A DNA stretch of 59,835 bases, from the NCBI GenBank assembly GCA_018830135.1, contig JAHJTB010000365.1, positions 1 through 59,835 on the forward strand. The letters are read 5' to 3'. Shown here in pieces: positions 57,466 to 59,835 of this stretch. A program made the position numbers and the translations under genes. Within the stretch, counting starts at the first letter, position 1. Each line of letters begins with the position of its first letter. Below the pieces are notes generated by a model that had not been told where the DNA came from, did not search any database, and saw only the letters and a program-made list of their open reading frames with translations. The DNA comes from Pseudomonadota bacterium. Lineage in GTDB: Bacteria; Desulfobacterota; Desulfarculia; Adiutricales; JAGVGV01.

Positions 57466-57945
57466 ATGGGCAAGATAATTATCATCGCGGTCGTGGTCGT
57501 GGCGGTCCTGGCGGGCGGGGCCGTGGCACTGAGGTTCGTGGCGCCCGGACTGATTCCCGGCTGGGGAGAAAAAGCGGCCGCCCCCGATGCCGCGACCCAG
57601 GCGGAATCTGCCGGGAAGGAGGCGGACAAAATGTTGGTTTTGGTGCCGCTTCAGTCCTTTATCGTCAATCTGGCCGATCCCGGCGGCAAGCGCTATCTGA
57701 AACTGACCCTGACCCTCGAGGTCCGGGACGCCGTGATCCAGGGGGAAGTGAACAGTCATCTGCCCCAGATTCGCGACTCGATCCTGCTCCTTCTGTCCAG
57801 CCTGACCTTCGAGGAGATCAGCACCGTGGGCGGGAAGGACGCCCTGAGGGCCAAGATCAAGAGCCGCTGCAACACGGTTCTTGCCAGCAGCGGCGGGATT
57901 CCCAAGGTCCATAATATCTATTTCTCCGAGTTCGTGGTCCAGTAG
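57466..57945 (+). CDS. fliL: Flagellar basal body-associated protein FliL
   Basis: N-terminal TM, FIVNLAD..G.RYLK, IRD.I, YFSEFVVQ. Confidence 0.93.
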   Translation: MGKIIIIAVVVVAVLAGGAVALRFVAPGLIPGWGEKAAAPDAATQAESAGKEADKMLVLVPLQSFIVNLADPGGKRYLKLTLTLEVRDAVIQGEVNSHLPQIRDSILLLLSSLTFEEISTVGGKDALRAKIKSRCNTVLASSGGIPKVHNIYFSEFVVQ

Positions 57946-57954
57946 AGGAAACCC

Positions 57955-58932
57955 ATGAGCAAGATTCTGACCCAGGATGAAGTGGATGCCCTGTTAAAGG
58001 GCATGTCCGGCGGTGAGATCGAGACGGAAACCGACAGTATCGAAGATGATTCGGGCATAACGGTTTACGATCTGACCAACCAGGACCGGATCATCCGGGG
58101 CCGGATGCCGACCCTGGAGATCATCAACGACCGGTTCGCCCGGATTCTGAGGACCACGCTTTCCAGTTCCCTTCGCAAGGTCATCGACGTGTCGGCCTTT
58201 TCCATCGACATGATCAAGTTCGGGGAGTTCATGCGGGCCTTGCCGGTCCCGACCAGTCTGCACATCTTCAAGGTCGATCCGCTCCGGGGTCATGGGATCA
58301 TGGTCATCGAGACCAAGCTGGTCTTCAATCTGGTGGACAACTTTTTCGGGGGATCGGGCCGGTCCTTTGTCAAGATCGAAGGCCGGGACTTCACGGCCAT
58401 CGAGAACCGGCTGATCAACAAGGTCATTCTCATGGCCCTCGACGACCTGGAAAAGGCGTGGAACCCCGTCCATGCGTTGAAGCTGTCCTTTGTCCGTTCG
58501 GAGACCAATCCGCAGTTCGCCAGCGTGGTGGCGCCCACGGAGGTGGTCATCGTCATCAAGTTCGAACTCGAGCTGGAACAGACCGTGGGCACGTTGATCA
58601 TCTGTCTGCCCTATTCGACGATCGAGCCGATCCGGTCCAAGTTGTACGCGGGCTTTCAGAGCGACCAGCTCGAAGTCGATCATGAGTGGATCAACCGATT
58701 CATTGACCAGGTTCGCCAGGCCAGGGTGGAGGTCACCGTGGAACTGGGCCGGACGTGGATCAGCAGCCGCCAGTTGCTGGACCTGAAGGTCGGAGACGTC
58801 GTCTCGCTGGACAAGGACGTGACCGATCCGCTGGTGGCCAGGGTCGAGGGAGTCCCCAAATTCAAAGGTCACCCCGGTCTGATCAAGGGAAGCAAGGCTT
58901 TTCAGATCCGCAGCGAGATCGTCAACACATAA
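57955..58932 (+). CDS. fliM: Flagellar motor switch protein FliM
   Basis: [11 protein letters not shown] CheY-binding motif, [13 protein letters not shown]. Confidence 0.97.
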   Translation: MSKILTQDEVDALLKGMSGGEIETETDSIEDDSGITVYDLTNQDRIIRGRMPTLEIINDRFARILRTTLSSSLRKVIDVSAFSIDMIKFGEFMRALPVPTSLHIFKVDPLRGHGIMVIETKLVFNLVDNFFGGSGRSFVKIEGRDFTAIENRLINKVILMALDDLEKAWNPVHALKLSFVRSETNPQFASVVAPTEVVIVIKFELELEQTVGTLIICLPYSTIEPIRSKLYAGFQSDQLEVDHEWINRFIDQVRQARVEVTVELGRTWISSRQLLDLKVGDVVSLDKDVTDPLVARVEGVPKFKGHPGLIKGSKAFQIRSEIVNT

Positions 58933-58942
58933 GGAGTTGGCC

Positions 58943-59386
58943 ATGGCCGATGATCAGGTGCTTAACCAGGAAGATATTGACAAGCTGATGTCCGAGGACG
59001 GGGATCTCGGGGAGGACTGGGGAGAAGACTCCTTCGATGCGCCGTCTCCGCCCCCGAAACCCGCTGCTTCCCCGGCTCACGCCTTCGAGGCCCTGACCCC
59101 GCAACTGGGGGGCAAGGCCGTCGACGGCCGCCCCCTGGACTTCATCCTGGATATCCCCCTCGAGGTGTCGGTCGAACTGGGCCGGACCAAGATGGTTATC
59201 AACGACCTGCTTCAGCTCGGCCAGGGGTCGGTGATCGAGCTGACCAAGCTGGCCGGCGAGCCGCTCGAGATTCTGGTGAACAACAAACTCGTGGCGCGGG
59301 GCGAAGTGGTGGTCGTCAACGAAAAGTTCGGGGTCCGGGTTACGGACATCGTCAGCCCCATGGAGCGGGTCAAGAGCCTGAGCTGA
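58943..59386 (+). CDS. fliN: Flagellar motor switch protein FliN
   Basis: [26 protein letters not shown]; AAGGAG RBS. Confidence 0.96.
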   Translation: MADDQVLNQEDIDKLMSEDGDLGEDWGEDSFDAPSPPPKPAASPAHAFEALTPQLGGKAVDGRPLDFILDIPLEVSVELGRTKMVINDLLQLGQGSVIELTKLAGEPLEILVNNKLVARGEVVVVNEKFGVRVTDIVSPMERVKSLS

Positions 59387-59402
59387 AGGAAGAGGTGCGT
59401 TC

Positions 59403-59835
59403 GTGTCCATAAAAAAAGCCCTGGCCTGCTGGATCGCTTCCGCGGCCAGCCTCCTTCCGGCGGGCGTCGCCCTGGCCGCGGAGGCCGTTCCGGGAACGGG
59501 GGCTCCGGACCTGACCGTGGCCGCGGTCAAGATGGTCGCCGTCCTGGTCGGACTGATCGCCGTCCTGCTGCTGGCCATGCGCCTCATGCGACGCCTGGGC
59601 TCGGCCGGAAACGGTCTGTTCGGCGGACGGGAAATCATCCGGATCATCGCCACGCGGCCCCTGGCTCCCAAGAAATACATCGCCCTGGTCGAGGTCGGCG
59701 GAGCAGTCCTGACGCTGGGCGTGACCGGCGATCGGATCACCTGTCTGGACAAGTCGTCCGCCAGCGATTTCCGGGAGTTTATCGGCCAGGGGCCGCGGGA
59801 GGAACCCGCCGCCGGTTTTTCCGACCGACTCCGAA
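59403..59835 (+). CDS. fliO: Flagellar biosynthesis protein FliO/FliZ, 3'-truncated by the window edge
   Basis: Manual translation from GTG 59403: TM MVAVLVGLIAVLLLAM then IRIIATRPLAPKKYIALVEVGG..LTLGVT; follows fliN; open to the window end. Confidence 0.85.
   Translation, partial: MSIKKALACWIASAASLLPAGVALAAEAVPGTGAPDLTVAAVKMVAVLVGLIAVLLLAMRLMRRLGSAGNGLFGGREIIRIIATRPLAPKKYIALVEVGGAVLTLGVTGDRITCLDKSSASDFREFIGQGPREEPAAGFSDRLR

Overview
GC-rich bacterial chromosomal window, most consistent with a Desulfobacterota (deltaproteobacterial) genome; the taxonomy is inferred from gene content and order. The left ~35 kb is a mixed region containing: a 5'-truncated hybrid histidine kinase; HDOD and EAL-HDOD signalling proteins; an M20 amidohydrolase; a stand-alone pyruvate/oxaloacetate carboxyltransferase divergent from a CbbQ/NorQ-CbbO/NorD chaperone pair with no Rubisco or NO reductase nearby; a DnaJ-DUF434-tRNA sulfurtransferase-like operon; a REP-associated (Y1/HUH) transposase whose putative catalytic Tyr is Phe; an RND pump with an unusual C-terminal extension; trxC, a macro-domain protein, a PBP and serS. 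Several palindromic, MITE-like repeats lie in its intergenic regions. The right ~24 kb is a sigma54-controlled flagellar cluster: FleQ/FlrA-like activator, TPR protein, FleS/FleR-like pair, flgBC fliEFGHIJ, MotE/FlbB-like gene, fliK flgD flgE, motA, two motB genes, fliL fliM fliN and a truncated fliO. It has four clear -24/-12 promoters. The most striking signal is the stator: one MotB has lost the essential ion-binding Asp but keeps the peptidoglycan-binding GHTD motif, while the other keeps the Asp but has GHTS. This reciprocal loss suggests an asymmetric, heterodimeric MotB stator. No tRNA, rRNA or CRISPR array was recognised.
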